From Vermamoeba vermiformis (lineage: Eukaryota), in assembly GCA_045837725.1 (NCBI GenBank), contig JBEWZL010000013.1, forward strand, positions 496,001-560,000: DNA of 64,000 nt, read 5' to 3'. The notes beneath the pieces were generated by a model. It made no database searches, was not told the origin of the DNA, and worked only from the letters and a program-made list of their open reading frames with translations. Made by a program: the position numbers and the translations under genes. Shown here piece by piece: positions 28,194 through 40,503 of the stretch (the stretch's first letter is position 1; each line of letters begins with the position of its first letter).

Positions 28194-29767
28194 TGATATT
28201 GTCAGACTTTTGGAGTTGTTCTTTTCTGGGCCGGATTCTTTCGGAACATGCAACACGAAGGTGTTTCTTTGCTTTTTGGCATTCTGTAAATTCACAAACA
28301 CATTATCACCACGCCGCTTAACAATATAGTATAAACGTAATGTGCTGTAATACTTTATACAATACTGTTGGCGCTCGTGGACTCAAATCTGTTCTAACAC
28401 GATAAATTCTAATTGCTTTACATCTGTAGCTTAGTTGGTTTATTTTTCATTTTTAAATACTATTTTTCTACCGCGTGAGGCTTCGAAGTGGAATAGAAAC
28501 TCATGATACCAGCTGCTTTAACTTGAGGCAGTTCTCATTCTCTCCCATTAATTAGGAGCAAATCTTATAGTAAAGGATTACGTACCGTTAATTAGTACTA
28601 TCAACAATCAAAACCAGACGTGCGTTGAATAGATGAGGCGTCACTGACGCCCATCGATGTGTTTAGGCCTTTTTCATGTTCGCTCGCGGTTCTAACTTAC
28701 CTTAGTCGAATACAATGGCGATATTACTCGCGGAAGAGCGGCATTCCCGTAGCTATTACGGTCGCACGGACGGATGAGAGCATCTCAAACCAAAAAACAG
28801 CAAAAAAATTTAATTCATTAGCCCAAGCAGTCACAAATGCAGTTTATGTTATTACACAACGTGGATAATCAATTGCTGATTTTTTGGAATTTTTAGTAGC
28901 GGATTAAGCGTGAAGATCTTGCAAAAGCGTTAATTTTTTTACATACAGCAGAGATACACTGGCGCTTCAGCGAACACAGAGCTAATACGGGGCAATATTT
29001 TTATAAGGGAAGGAGCTATTTGAGATCGCAATTCGATCATATGCGAGACTACCAAGTAACCGCTACCACATCTGAACCCTTCGATCTTATTATTCAGCCT
29101 CATGCGTCTACACCCTCAAAATCAGCCCTCGCTCGTGCGTAACGGGAATAGGCATTGAAAATTTTCTACCAGCGCTAGTCCCACAAACAAAATCGCTCTC
29201 AGTTGCCATAAAAAAACAATTTCAGCGCTCTGTTCTTTCATCCACTTCGAGGCCAAACGCAGAGCGAATTTGAAAATCGCCTTTTACTATTTTCAACCGT
29301 GCGTCTGGTCTGACAACGAAGGTTGTCAAATTTTTGCGGATCCACTTCGTGTGGATTCCTTCCAAAACTATAAAATAATAAAACGGGGTTTGGGGTTGGT
29401 TATGGGTTGGGATAAGGATGATAAGGGTTGAACTTACCGTTATTCTTTCGGGAAAAGATCTGATCGGCGTAAACTTAAAGATCTTTCCCTTTAAAATTGC
29501 ACATTCAGTGCATCCAGTGCGTTTGCTTGGTAGCACCGAATCTTAACGATTAATTTGCACAATATTCCGCCTAGTTACAAGTTTCGTCGAGTTGGGTTGT
29601 GCGAGAATTTCACCCAAAATCACGCCGTGTTGTTTTTGTCCCTTTGCTGTGTTTCTATGATTAACTTTTGCTAAGCATGTAACGCACAACAAGACCGTGC
29701 ATTATTTTTGTATTTTTGTAAATAGCTTGTAATATAGTTACTGTGTTATACCTGTATTTATTGCGCC

Positions 29768-31188
29768 ATGGATGAGCAATCGAATATTAGCTTGGAACGA
29801 AAGCGAAGCCATCCTCGATTAGAGAGATTATTAGATGACTTGTGCAGGTATACAAAAACCTATTCCTAATATTATTAGAATTTTTGTGGCGTTTTTTGAA
29901 TTATTTTTCTAATCTGGTCTTTTTAGCCGTTTTATTATTAACTGCCCACCCGAAGAGCTTGAATCATTCGAAAGAATATTATTTCAGATCGAGCAAGCAC
30001 ACTGGTTCTATGAAGACTTTTATAGAGAGAATGATAAGACATTACCTAACTTGACATTGAAAGAGTTCGCTATCTTAAGTAAGTCTTAGCCATCGCTTGT
30101 GCGCCATTTATTAAGACCATATTAGTGTTTGACCATGCACCGATATTGCGTCCGTTTAGCGATCAGCTCGATGAGATCTTCAAAAACTTTATGAACTACA
30201 AGATCACGATTCCCGTGTACGGAGGCATTATCCTCAACAAGACCCTCGATAAGGTAATTTCAATAGGTACTTTTTAGATTACATCTTGCTAATGAAGCTT
30301 TGAAATGCAAGTGTTTGCTGGTGAAGGGATTCAACACTCGCAGTTGGGGTTTCCCGAAGGGAAAAATTAACAAAGATGAACCTGAAATTGATTGCGCGGC
30401 ACGTGAAGTCTACGAAGAAACGGGATTCGATATTAGATCCGTTGAACTCAGCCTTGACGACTACATCGTGGTTATCGTACGCGAACAGCAAATCAAGTTG
30501 TACATTGTTCCGTTTGTAGGCGAGGACACCTACTTCGAGCCCAAGACACGGAAGGAGATCGAGGTAATTATTAACTGAGATTTTGATATTGGAAGTACGG
30601 GTCCGCTTTTACATCCAAATATCGTTAGATGTAATTGTTTCGTTATGATAGCAAGCTATTAACATACAATTCTTGCAGAAAATCGAATGGATTCCCGTGT
30701 GGGAGCTGCCAGTGTCGTACCAAGAGGCCAAAGAGAAAGGCACAGTCAACGCAGGTCCGAATCAACCAGCGATCAACGCGAACAGCTTCTTCACAGTCAT
30801 TCCGTTCGTGAAGAAGTTGCGCAAGTGGATTCGAATGAAAAAACGTGAGCTTGAAGCTGAAGGCAAAACCTTGACGCAACCAACGACGACTGAGAAGCGA
30901 CCACGCAGCAGCAGTTACAACTATCATAAGAACGGCAAGACCTCATCGCCCGTGAAGCAAGTCAGTGCTATTAACGGCAACACGCCGAGTGGCAGTTCTG
31001 AGTTCAAGCCCGTGTACAAAACGATCCACAGCATCGAAACCGAAATGTTAAGCAGATCAAGCAGCAACATTCAAAGCAATGGTGTCAATGGTAACGATGT
31101 TAACGGTGAGAGAAAGAACCCCTTTTTAAGTTTTAAAATTGACATGGTACCGTTGATGAAATGTTTTGATACACAAAAAGTCAAGTAA
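29768..31188 (+). CDS. DCP2: mRNA decapping enzyme catalytic subunit (Nudix)
   Basis: Box A [37 protein letters not shown]; Nudix box WGFPKGKINKDEPEIDCAAREVYEETG; FEPKTRKEI. Confidence 0.95.
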
Positions 31189-31351
31189 AATCAAATCCTA
31201 ATCAAGATCAAATAAATATCCTTCGATTTAATTAATGGTAGTTTATTTACAAATGCATACAATTATAATGGTACACTGTTGGATTCGATGCACAGAAATT
31301 TGGGTGGAAGTTCGTTGATAATTTTTAGAGAAGCAGATCCCTTTCAATAGT

Positions 31352-31997
31352 TTAACCGGATATGGCGTTCGACCAAACGGGATGTACGACTATATCTGCT
31401 TCTTGTAGATGCTCAATCTCTAACGTTATGGACAAGCTTCGGTCTCCATCCTTGGATTCTTTCCACTTCAGACCAGAGCGTAATATGAATTCATAATTCT
31501 CTTGCTTGCCAGAATTCCATTTAATATCTTCGTGGCATACATCTGATCCTTTGTGCTTGGATAATAATTTGACGCGAGTTTTACCTTCGATCGTGACGGA
31601 TCCTGTTTTCTGGCTTAGCTGAGCAAATGGGTATTTGTTGGCGACATGCATCGACACCATCAAATCAATATGTTCTATGTTTTTGGTCGAAGAAATTGCT
31701 TTGACCTTCCAGTCAATGAAATTGATGACCGGATCGATGAACGTCAACCTTTTCTCCACGCCTTGCTCGAGTTGCTGGAATCCTTCCAATGAAGCGATTA
31801 CTTTGAATCTATTTGTCGTCATTTGTGGTTAATGAAAGATGTATGAGTGCAAAGTGGGAACAACTATTTGTCGCCAGCGAAAGGAACAGGTCCTGAACAA
31901 TTTCACGTAAAATTCGTTTGTTGCTCAAGCCTTCTACGTGAACAAAGGAGGAACACATATGTAACCAGCCTGACCAAACCTGGCGGAGACGTTCCAT
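31352..31997 (-). CDS. Hypothetical protein seen as two overlapping ORFs, possibly one frameshifted gene
   Basis: 156-aa ORF 31352-31822 overlaps a 62-aa ORF 31809-31997 in another frame; no family recognised. Confidence 0.45.
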
Positions 31998-32362
31998 TTG
32001 CCTGCAACAATCATTATGGTTGATAATTATTGATTATTGGTACTTATAAATTTATTTCTTCAGTCTAAAATTAATTTGCATTAATTTAAGTAGGTTTCTA
32101 TCCTCGCTTGATTACTTTTTGAGAGAATAATTTATTGCCGGCATTATTTAAAATCAGATCATCCAACCAATTTATTTGAAGTAAATTTTGTAATCAAACA
32201 TCTCTGAAAATACAGGGCATGAAGCCTCAGCCGCAAAATTATGAAGGATAAAATTTATAAAATGGAGGTCGCTAATTTTAGCTCAGGAGCTCGTAGACCC
32301 GCAGGGAGTAACTTCTGATCCTAAATTATTTCACAAATCGATCACAACCACAAGCTATCGGC

Positions 32363-35300
32363 ATGGTACGTTATATGCAATTAAAGTCCCTTGCTAACCA
32401 TGGCAAAGCTGTCAAGATGTCGACCATCGAACGAACTTTTTACTAACGAGATTTATTTCCAGATCCGTAATATTGCAGATGTTTTATCGTTGTGCTTTGT
32501 ACTCTCATTAGTAGTAGTACCTAGTATGAGTCAGCTTAATGCGGATCAATGGCAGTTTTTGAACGATTGGGCCAACATTTCGCCTGTTTTGGCAAACAAA
32601 ATAGCGCTGGAGAACGACACGATATGTTCTACACTATTCGCTTGCAATAATGGATCCATTACCAAGATGTAAGTCGGCAAGCACAATTTATTTATCGATC
32701 AATGACTAAAAAACCTAAACTTGTCACTCTAGAATTTTGAAAGACCTGCCTATTATGTCAAGCATACCGAGCCTCGATTAGCTTATTAACGGAGTTACGT
32801 TACTTGTACGTTGAATTTTCTGTTGACTATTATTTATTTAATTTCGTGAGCGATTCACAGATCTCTACAATCCTGCGAAATTACGGGAAGCATCCCAAAC
32901 CTTGGCGCACAAACTAATTTGATAAATATGTAAGTTTGCAAATGAAATTACGTGATCTGACCACATCTGCTCGCAGCGACTTGTCATCCAACAAACTAAG
33001 CGGCACTATTCCGGACTCCATTTCGGGTTTAACAAATCTAACGACGATGTAAGAACAGGAGTTATCGATATTATGCTAACATAATACAGAGTGTTGCAGA
33101 GAAACTTCCTAACCGGGTCGATTCCGATAAATTTATTGGCATTGCCAAAGTTACTCCTCTTGTACGTAGATCTTGCGTTCAAAATTACATTACTAATCAT
33201 TAATATGATAGAAATTTACAAAATAACAAGTTGACTGGAACTATACCGTCTAACATAACTTCAAGCTTGAGAACAATGTAAGATCCGGAACTCCTAGCGG
33301 TGTACATCAGCTTTTTAACTACTGTTTTGTACTAGATATCTAGGGTACAACTCATTGAGCGGCACAATCCCGCGTGACCTTATTCAGAATACCATAGATG
33401 CAATGTAAGTGAGATTGAATTACACATCTCATTTTCTAATCACCGGTCATACAGCTATCTCAGCTATAATCAATTGAGCGGATCAATTCCCGATTCATTA
33501 AGCAGTGCAACGGCAACTGAAATGTATGTATAGTCATACACTATGCCTTACTAACTTTATTCGTTAGTTACATGGAGTTCAATGCGTTAACTGGTACAAT
33601 TCCACCAGTCTCACCGAATATTTGGGTTTTGTGAGTAATAATATACGAGCAATATTGAAACGCGACTAATACATTATTTAGGTATTTGTCCGGAAATAAA
33701 TTAACGGGCAACTTTCCAGTGTATTTGGATCGAGTTAGCCGGATCGCCTATCTGTACGGAGTAAATCAACCTCGATATTCAATAGATCTAATATACTTAT
33801 CTTAGGAGCGTCGCATCGAATCTGCTGTCTGGCACGATTCCGCCAAACTTTGGTGTTAATGCTAGCGTTAATATAGACAATATGTAATCTAATAACATAC
33901 TGGTTATCTAGTTTTATCGAGACAACTATTCTAACGTAAATTCAGGGATTTATCGAACAATCAATTTGAAGGGACTATTCCGTACTTGGATCCGCTGCTC
34001 TCGATCCAGTTCCTGTACGTAAAATTTACTACTGCTACGACCACATAGTTAAAATTAACAACGTTTTTGAATAGAGATATTAGTTTGAATCGATTTAATG
34101 GCACTTTTCAATCCCTTGAGCCGATGACATCTCTAATGACTCTGTAAGCGCGAATTATTCGAGCATTAACAAAATTTTACTAACCTTAGCACAGCCTTGC
34201 ATTTTCAAATTCATTCACAGGTTCATTCAACTTGACTAATTGGAAGAATATGATGACATTGTAAGCACTTCTACATCTTCATTCAACAATGACCATGCTA
34301 ATTGAATTGACGAATAGGGACGTCCATTCAAATCAATTAAGTGGCGGTTTTCCGGATCTCGGTGGCGTGTCACATTCAACACTTAGAGATTTGTAAGCAG
34401 TGGTCTAAGTGATTTCATAAGACTAACTTTGAATGTCATATTAGGGATATTTCGTTCAATAACTTCAGTGGGCCTCTTCCGAGCTCAGATATTTGGTCGT
34501 CGTTAAATTCATTGTTCTCGTTGTAAGTTAAAAAAACTAACTGCTGAGAATTTTTAACATAATTTCGTCCGTAGTAAAATTCAAGGAAACCAATTCTCGG
34601 GACAGATTCCAGATGCGATCGGCTCATTGCTTTCAAACACTATGTAAGTGCTAAGACTCATTACGATCTTATTTTTCACGTACTGATTATTTATTTAATA
34701 GTAACTTGGAGTCAAATAGATTTGAAGGCACTATTCCGGAGTCGTTGTTAAAAATTGCAGCACTTAATTCATTGTACGTATTTAATTTTGGCTCCAAAAA
34801 ACTTCACTGCTAAAATTTGTATTGTTCACAGGTCTTTAGCGAACAATCAGTTAAACGGAACGCTGCCTGATGTGTTCAATTCTTTGCGCGAGTTATACGA
34901 GCTGTATGTGCATTACTTTAGTTAAGTTTGTAATGACTGAATTCTGTTACAGAGATTTGCAGTTTAACGAGCTGACGGGCACCTTGCCTCAGTCAATCAC
35001 CTCGCTCAAGTTATTGAAGACGCTGTAAGTTACATTTTTTTGCTGGCTATGACCTGGTAGCGATCACTAATAACACCTACACAGCAATCTGAACTCGAAT
35101 CAGTTTGAAGGGTTTATTCCTCCTTTATCATCTTTAACGTCGTTAGAAGTCTTGTAAGTTTTTTTATTACGCAAGCATTGAACTTGCTGACACCTGAAAA
35201 ATTAGGACTTTGGACAACAATAAGTTAACCGGAACTATTCCGCAAGACTTGGGAATGCTGTCACTGTTATCCGAGCTGTAAGTACATGACTATATGAATC

Positions 35301-37170
35301 TAGTGTTATTCTTATTGTGTTACAGATCTTTGGACAACAATCAACTTATCGGAACCGTGCCTGACAGTTTTAACGAATTGGCGAATTTGAAGACTTTGTA
35401 CGTATTTTTATTACGATAGTTAATTTTGTCTAATGAATTGTACAGGACCTTGCAAAATAATGACTTGAGTGGCACTGTGCCAAACTCTTTGGATTCGTTA
35501 CGTAATCTTCGGCGGATGTAAGTCAGGTTGAATTTAAAATTATAATTATTCGCTAACGTTAGAGAACAGGAATATTGCAAACAATAACTTGCTCGGATAT
35601 TTTTCTCCTACAATGCCGCTGATTGAGTGTGACCTTGCCGGCAATAACTTTTGTTGCGGAGAAGGTATCGCTAGTGCTTGTTCTTTATCGCTGCCCTGTA
35701 CGTCAATCTCGAAAAAATGGTTCGTAATCATCGTATTGATTTTCAATAATTAGGTTCGCTAGAAAGAAAACAAGTGATGCAGAATGAAACAATCGATGCA
35801 ACTTTGCAATATCAATGTACGTATAAGGCAAGTTGTAGGTCATATGACACTGACGCCTATTATAGATTTCGACGTTGCCGAGGGCGTAACATTGGTCTTG
35901 GGCTTGAGTGCCTCGATCACAACTCAGTGCCTTAACATCAGAGGAAATATCGTAGCAACTGTTCCTGCTACTGGCGCGGTCACGAACGACCTCTTAGTCA
36001 CGCCATTAACATTCTCGTTCTCGTATCAATCGCTCACGAATCAAACTGTCACTGTTTATGAAACGGAAAAGTGCCGCGATTATTCGGCGGATTTGACGGC
36101 GTTTCCTCCGACTGAAATCTCCCAGGGCCGTATCAACTTGCTGATTACAAGTTCAGATATACTTAATTGCTCCGATCTCGACCAATCGACAGTATTTATT
36201 CTGGCGTTTGTTCTTGGTCTCGGTTTGCCACTCGTAATTGCACTAGTCGTAGTGGTTATCTTATGGCGCAAAGGAAGATTACGACGAAATGTCCGCACTA
36301 AAATATCAACGGAAATCTTGGCGACACTGGCAGACAAGTCATTCTTAACGCCAATCTCATCAATCAAGTTCGAGCGGGAACTTGGATCCGGCAGTTTCGG
36401 TAAAGTTTTCATCGGAAGATGGCGCCAGACAACAGTCGCATTGAAGGTGTGCAATGTACCCAGCAAGATGGAAGACTTTTTGCAAGAAGCAGCGCTAATG
36501 ATGAAGTTGACGCCGCACCCCAATGTCGTACAACTGTTGGCTATCAGCATTGACGGACCTGAGCCCGTCATCGTGCTCGAATACTGCGAAGAAGGATCAC
36601 TGGACACGCTCTTATTCGACACTAATGCATCATTAACGGACGACATGAAGATCAAATTTGCTTCTGGCATTGCTCGTGGCATGCTACACTTGCACACGAA
36701 CAATTTGGTACATCGGGATCTGGCTGCTCGAAACGTATTGTTACAACGAGGTGTGCCAAAAGTATCGGACTTTGGCATGTCGAGATTACTTCAAACAGAA
36801 GTGGCAACAAAGACTTACTCGAACATTGGACCGATCCGTTGGATGGCACCTGAGTCCCTCAAAAACCGTACTTATAGCACAAAAAGCGTAAGTTTAGTAT
36901 TAATTTCATTATATTTTCCCTAATGTGTCTGCGTAGGACGTTTGGATGTTCGGTATAGTGCTCACCGAGATTGCATCTCAATCTGAGCCTCATGTTGACA
37001 AAGACCCCTTGGACATTGGTGCGCAGATCAGAGACAAGGGCGTCAGACCACAAGTACCCGACCTCATGCCTCCATTGCTGAAGGGTTTGATTGACATGTG
37101 CTTGCAATATGATCCAAACGACAGGCCGGATTTTGATGCTATTTGTCAGTATATTGATTCCCATAAATAG
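32363..37170 (+). CDS. LRR receptor tyrosine-kinase-like protein with 23 single-LRR exons; apparent +1 frameshift in the first LRR exon
   Basis: Inferred first exon ATG|gtacgt; signal peptide; LxxNxLxGxIP repeats; TM FILAFVLGLGLPLVIALVVVVILW; GSGSFG, HRDLAARN and GPIRWMAPE. Confidence 0.9.
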
Positions 37171-37289
37171 TCCGAGTTCAGGAAGAACTCATGTAAGATA
37201 TTGCTGATTTGGTTGGTACCCGCTTTTTGCAAAAATCTAAAAAAAACGATAAACTCGCGAATTGTCCTGGCTCAAATGAATTGATCCCA

Positions 37290-38345
37290 CGAACGGGAAG
37301 CCCGGCGCCCAGCCCCCCCGGTTCTGCGCGCTTGGAGATAGGGAACGAGAGGTGTGAGGGTGTCTTCACCCGGTGGAGTTGTACATGCGTGTGGAGAGCG
37401 GGGGGCGGGCGGGGAGTGTCGCAGGATGTTGTTGAGGGGGGAGGAGAGTGGGGGGGGAATGGAGAGGTGGTAGTGGGGGGGGGGGGGGGGGGGGGGAGAG
37501 AGCCAGGGGGCAGCGGCCTGTGCGGGGGGTGCGGGGGAGGGCGAGGGGGAGGAGGAGGGGAGGAAGGGGGGAGAGGAGGAGGGGATGGGGGGGGGGGGAG
37601 GGGGAGGGGTGTGGATGAAGGAGAGGGGGGGGGGAGTGGGGGGGGGGAGAGGGGGGGAGAGGGTGGGAGGGGGGGAGGGGAGGAGGGGAGGGGGGGGGAG
37701 AGGAGAGGGGGGCGAGAGAGGAGTGGAAGGAGATGAAGGGGGAAAGTGAGGAGATGGGGCAGATGGTGGGTAGATTAGAAAGAGGAGGTGGAGTGAGATC
37801 TACTGGTTATGAAAGGCACGAAAGGAGGGAGTTGTGAATGAGAGAGGGAGGAGATGAGGAGTTTGGGGGGGGGAGGTAAGAGAGAGGTGATGTGTACTAA
37901 GGAGGGGAGAACGGCGATAGACGTAAATAAGGGGGAGTGAAAAGTAGTGGATGTTGAGTGCGTAGCCGTGCCCAGTAAGAAGAAGTAGTTAGAGTGAGCA
38001 GAGAGTGTCGAACCAGCAGAGAAAGAAGGGAAAGTAAAGTATAGTGGGGTGAGAGGGAGGAGGGAGGAGGAGCTAGCGAGTGGGAGATAGACTACCATGT
38101 AATGAAGAGTAGAGAAAGGAGAGAGAAAAAGAGAGAGGAGCAAGTAGCGAAGAGGGAGAGGGGGAGGAGAGCGATTTGTATGAGTGTAAGAAAGAAAGAA
38201 GATGGAGAGGGAGTAGCATGGGGGGTGTATAGGCGGATAGGAGTGAGTAGTGATCTTGTGGGAGGAAGGAGGAGGTTGGGGGGAGAGAGGGAGGGGGGGA
38301 GTGGGGAAAGAATTGAGAAGAGATGCTCCAGAGGTGCGAGACAAG
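37290..38345. repeat. G/A-rich low-complexity block, probable long-read artefact
   Basis: Extreme purine skew with poly-G runs, aperiodic, and unlike the AT-rich intergenic DNA elsewhere in the window. Confidence 0.7.
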
Positions 38346-38764
38346 GGCCGTACGGTTACAGCCTTGATCTTCAGATTTTTTAATAATAGCAACAGAAATT
38401 GTGCCTTGCGTCATAGCTAAAATAGTGACAGAATATTGCTAGCGCTATGTTAGTAGTACTAATAAATATATTAACATAATGTCGCCCGTGTATTATTAAA
38501 TCGTTGCGAAAGTGGTGAAATTTACTAATAAATTAATAATAATAATTAGTAAATTAAACACATTTGGGGTGTCACAACGAAAATAATAACCGCCCAATAG
38601 TGTTTTAGCATTTCGTATCTGAACGGCCGAAAATGGAAATATTTAAATTGCATATTTTCGTAGTGATACCACGAACAAGTGTCGGATCTGACACTATCAC
38701 ACGAAGCCGATATCGTTATTGGCATATTAAACTGACAATAATATTTCATTAAAGGAGAGTACCT

Positions 38765-40342
38765 TTATTTCTGGAGTGCTTTCTGCACGGCAATCATTGT
38801 TTCAATGGCAGATCCGCATTCACGAATGAACGAGCACAGCTGCTTGCTCTTCTCCAAGTCATCAGTAGTCTCCAACTTGGCACTTGCGTCCTCCAATCGC
38901 GTCAACAGTCGCTTAACGGTGACATCCACTGTCTTTCTGCTGTGCACATCCTCGCTCGATTCATATCGTGGTTGTTTGTTCGACACGAAAGATGACTCCT
39001 CGCTGGATCTCGAATGACTCTATTAAGGAGAAGCTACGTTAATATTGATAGACTTATACTAGTATTAATGCAACTAGTCGATTAATTAACGCAATTTTGA
39101 AAAACGTTCGAACGAAATGACTATTGCAAATGTAATATTAAGCTTCAAATTGTCCAATGAAGTAACACGCACTGCTTCAAATCGTGACAAAATGATATCG
39201 TCTTGCTTTCTAGCAACGTTCGCGGATTTTTGTTGAGACTGAGTCTGCTGTGCTTGTTGCGAGGTACTATTGCCAGTTGAAGTCGTCGTGGTGTTGGTCT
39301 TGTTGTTCGTGACAGGTGCTGCAGGAGTATCTTGCAATTGGTCCTTATTAACAGCACTGTGAATCTTCGGATCAAACTCGGCTTGATCAACGACTAATGT
39401 GTCACATGCCACGCAAAACAGTTGCTTTTGTTTGTTGCGCATTAACGGTGTCTAAAATGTTCAACATTAAAAGCACTAAAGACCAAATATAAATATATTT
39501 AACTTACGTAACATGCGGGGCATACAATATCCACCCTAATTAAAATCACGTTATTATTACAGAAAATTATGGCTACTTGTTTGTCGAATAGAAAATTAGT
39601 AGATATGACCACTTACATTGCCCAGCCTTGCAATAATTTTTGTGATAATTTTACACTAATTTCATCGTTGCGTTTTCTTGCAGCTTCAATTTCTTTCAGC
39701 TCTTCTTCGGTTGGTGGCACCCAATCATCGTCATCATCGTAATAATCATCTGTATACTGGCTCGTTTGTGTATTTTGCTTTGCGTCTTTTCCTTCTTTAA
39801 TAGGTACATTTTCTTTAGTACTTGAGATCTGTTTTTGTGGTTCGGTGGATCCAGATGCAACCTGGAACTTTCCTTCTTGTACATCCTTTTCGCGTACATA
39901 TTGTTTGTTGCAATTAACGCACAACATTACACCTGCATTTCTTTTTTTATCCTCGACTAAGGGAACCTAAAATTATGAAGACGATCAGCAAGTTGTTGAT
40001 CGCACGATCCAGTTGGACACTTACGTTGCACTCGGGGCAAGACTCGCCCTAAAAATATTAAAATTATAATTAGCATTATAACGACTAATTGGCTTCAGGT
40101 AACAAAGACCGAATATCAAAATATTATATTATTGTTTTAATTGTTATGCCAAATTCTAGAATTCGGTCGCTTTTTAGCTTTTTAGCATTAATAAATAATA
40201 ATATATTATGAATATTAGGCAAAATAATTTAATGGTTCATTATTCGTTTGTGGATCGTAACCGATCTTACCAATAATGTCCAACCCTTCAACAAATAGAC
40301 GCCAATCTCCTTTGCGGGATCTTTCTTGCCAGTAGTACTCAT
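38765..40342 (-). CDS. SSSCA1/ZNRD2-like protein with two Auto_anti-p27 zinc ribbons
   Basis: IGVYLLKGWTLLGESCPECNVPL...LCVNC and LSQKLLQGWAMVDIVCPACYTPLMRNKQKQLFCVAC; C-terminal helix LCSFIRECGSAI. Confidence 0.8.
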
Positions 40343-40503
40343 TGTTATATTTAAAGTGACAAACGTGGTGTTCAAGTCAAAGTTAACAACAAAACTGCAT
40401 CCCAATTGTTTTCGGTCCAGCCGTGAGAACTCCGTCGTTCTTGATCGTATAGTCACTTACTACATTTATTAAATTTGTACAAAGGTTGTGCAAAATAAAC
40501 ATT

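Noticed and set aside
32733-35517. Regular ~125-nt periodicity resembling a CRISPR array
   Set aside because: The units are LRR exons separated by GT-AG introns, with no identical repeats and no cas genes.
36080-36778. 232-aa antisense ORF and similar antisense ORFs over the kinase, mannosidase and SCAR exons
   Set aside because: Shadow frames of well-supported genes on the opposite strand.
37209-38414. Gly-rich and Pro/Ser/Leu-rich ORFs and an apparent G-quadruplex array
   Set aside because: Aperiodic purine-skewed sequence typical of low-quality long-read consensus; no splice or coding signal.
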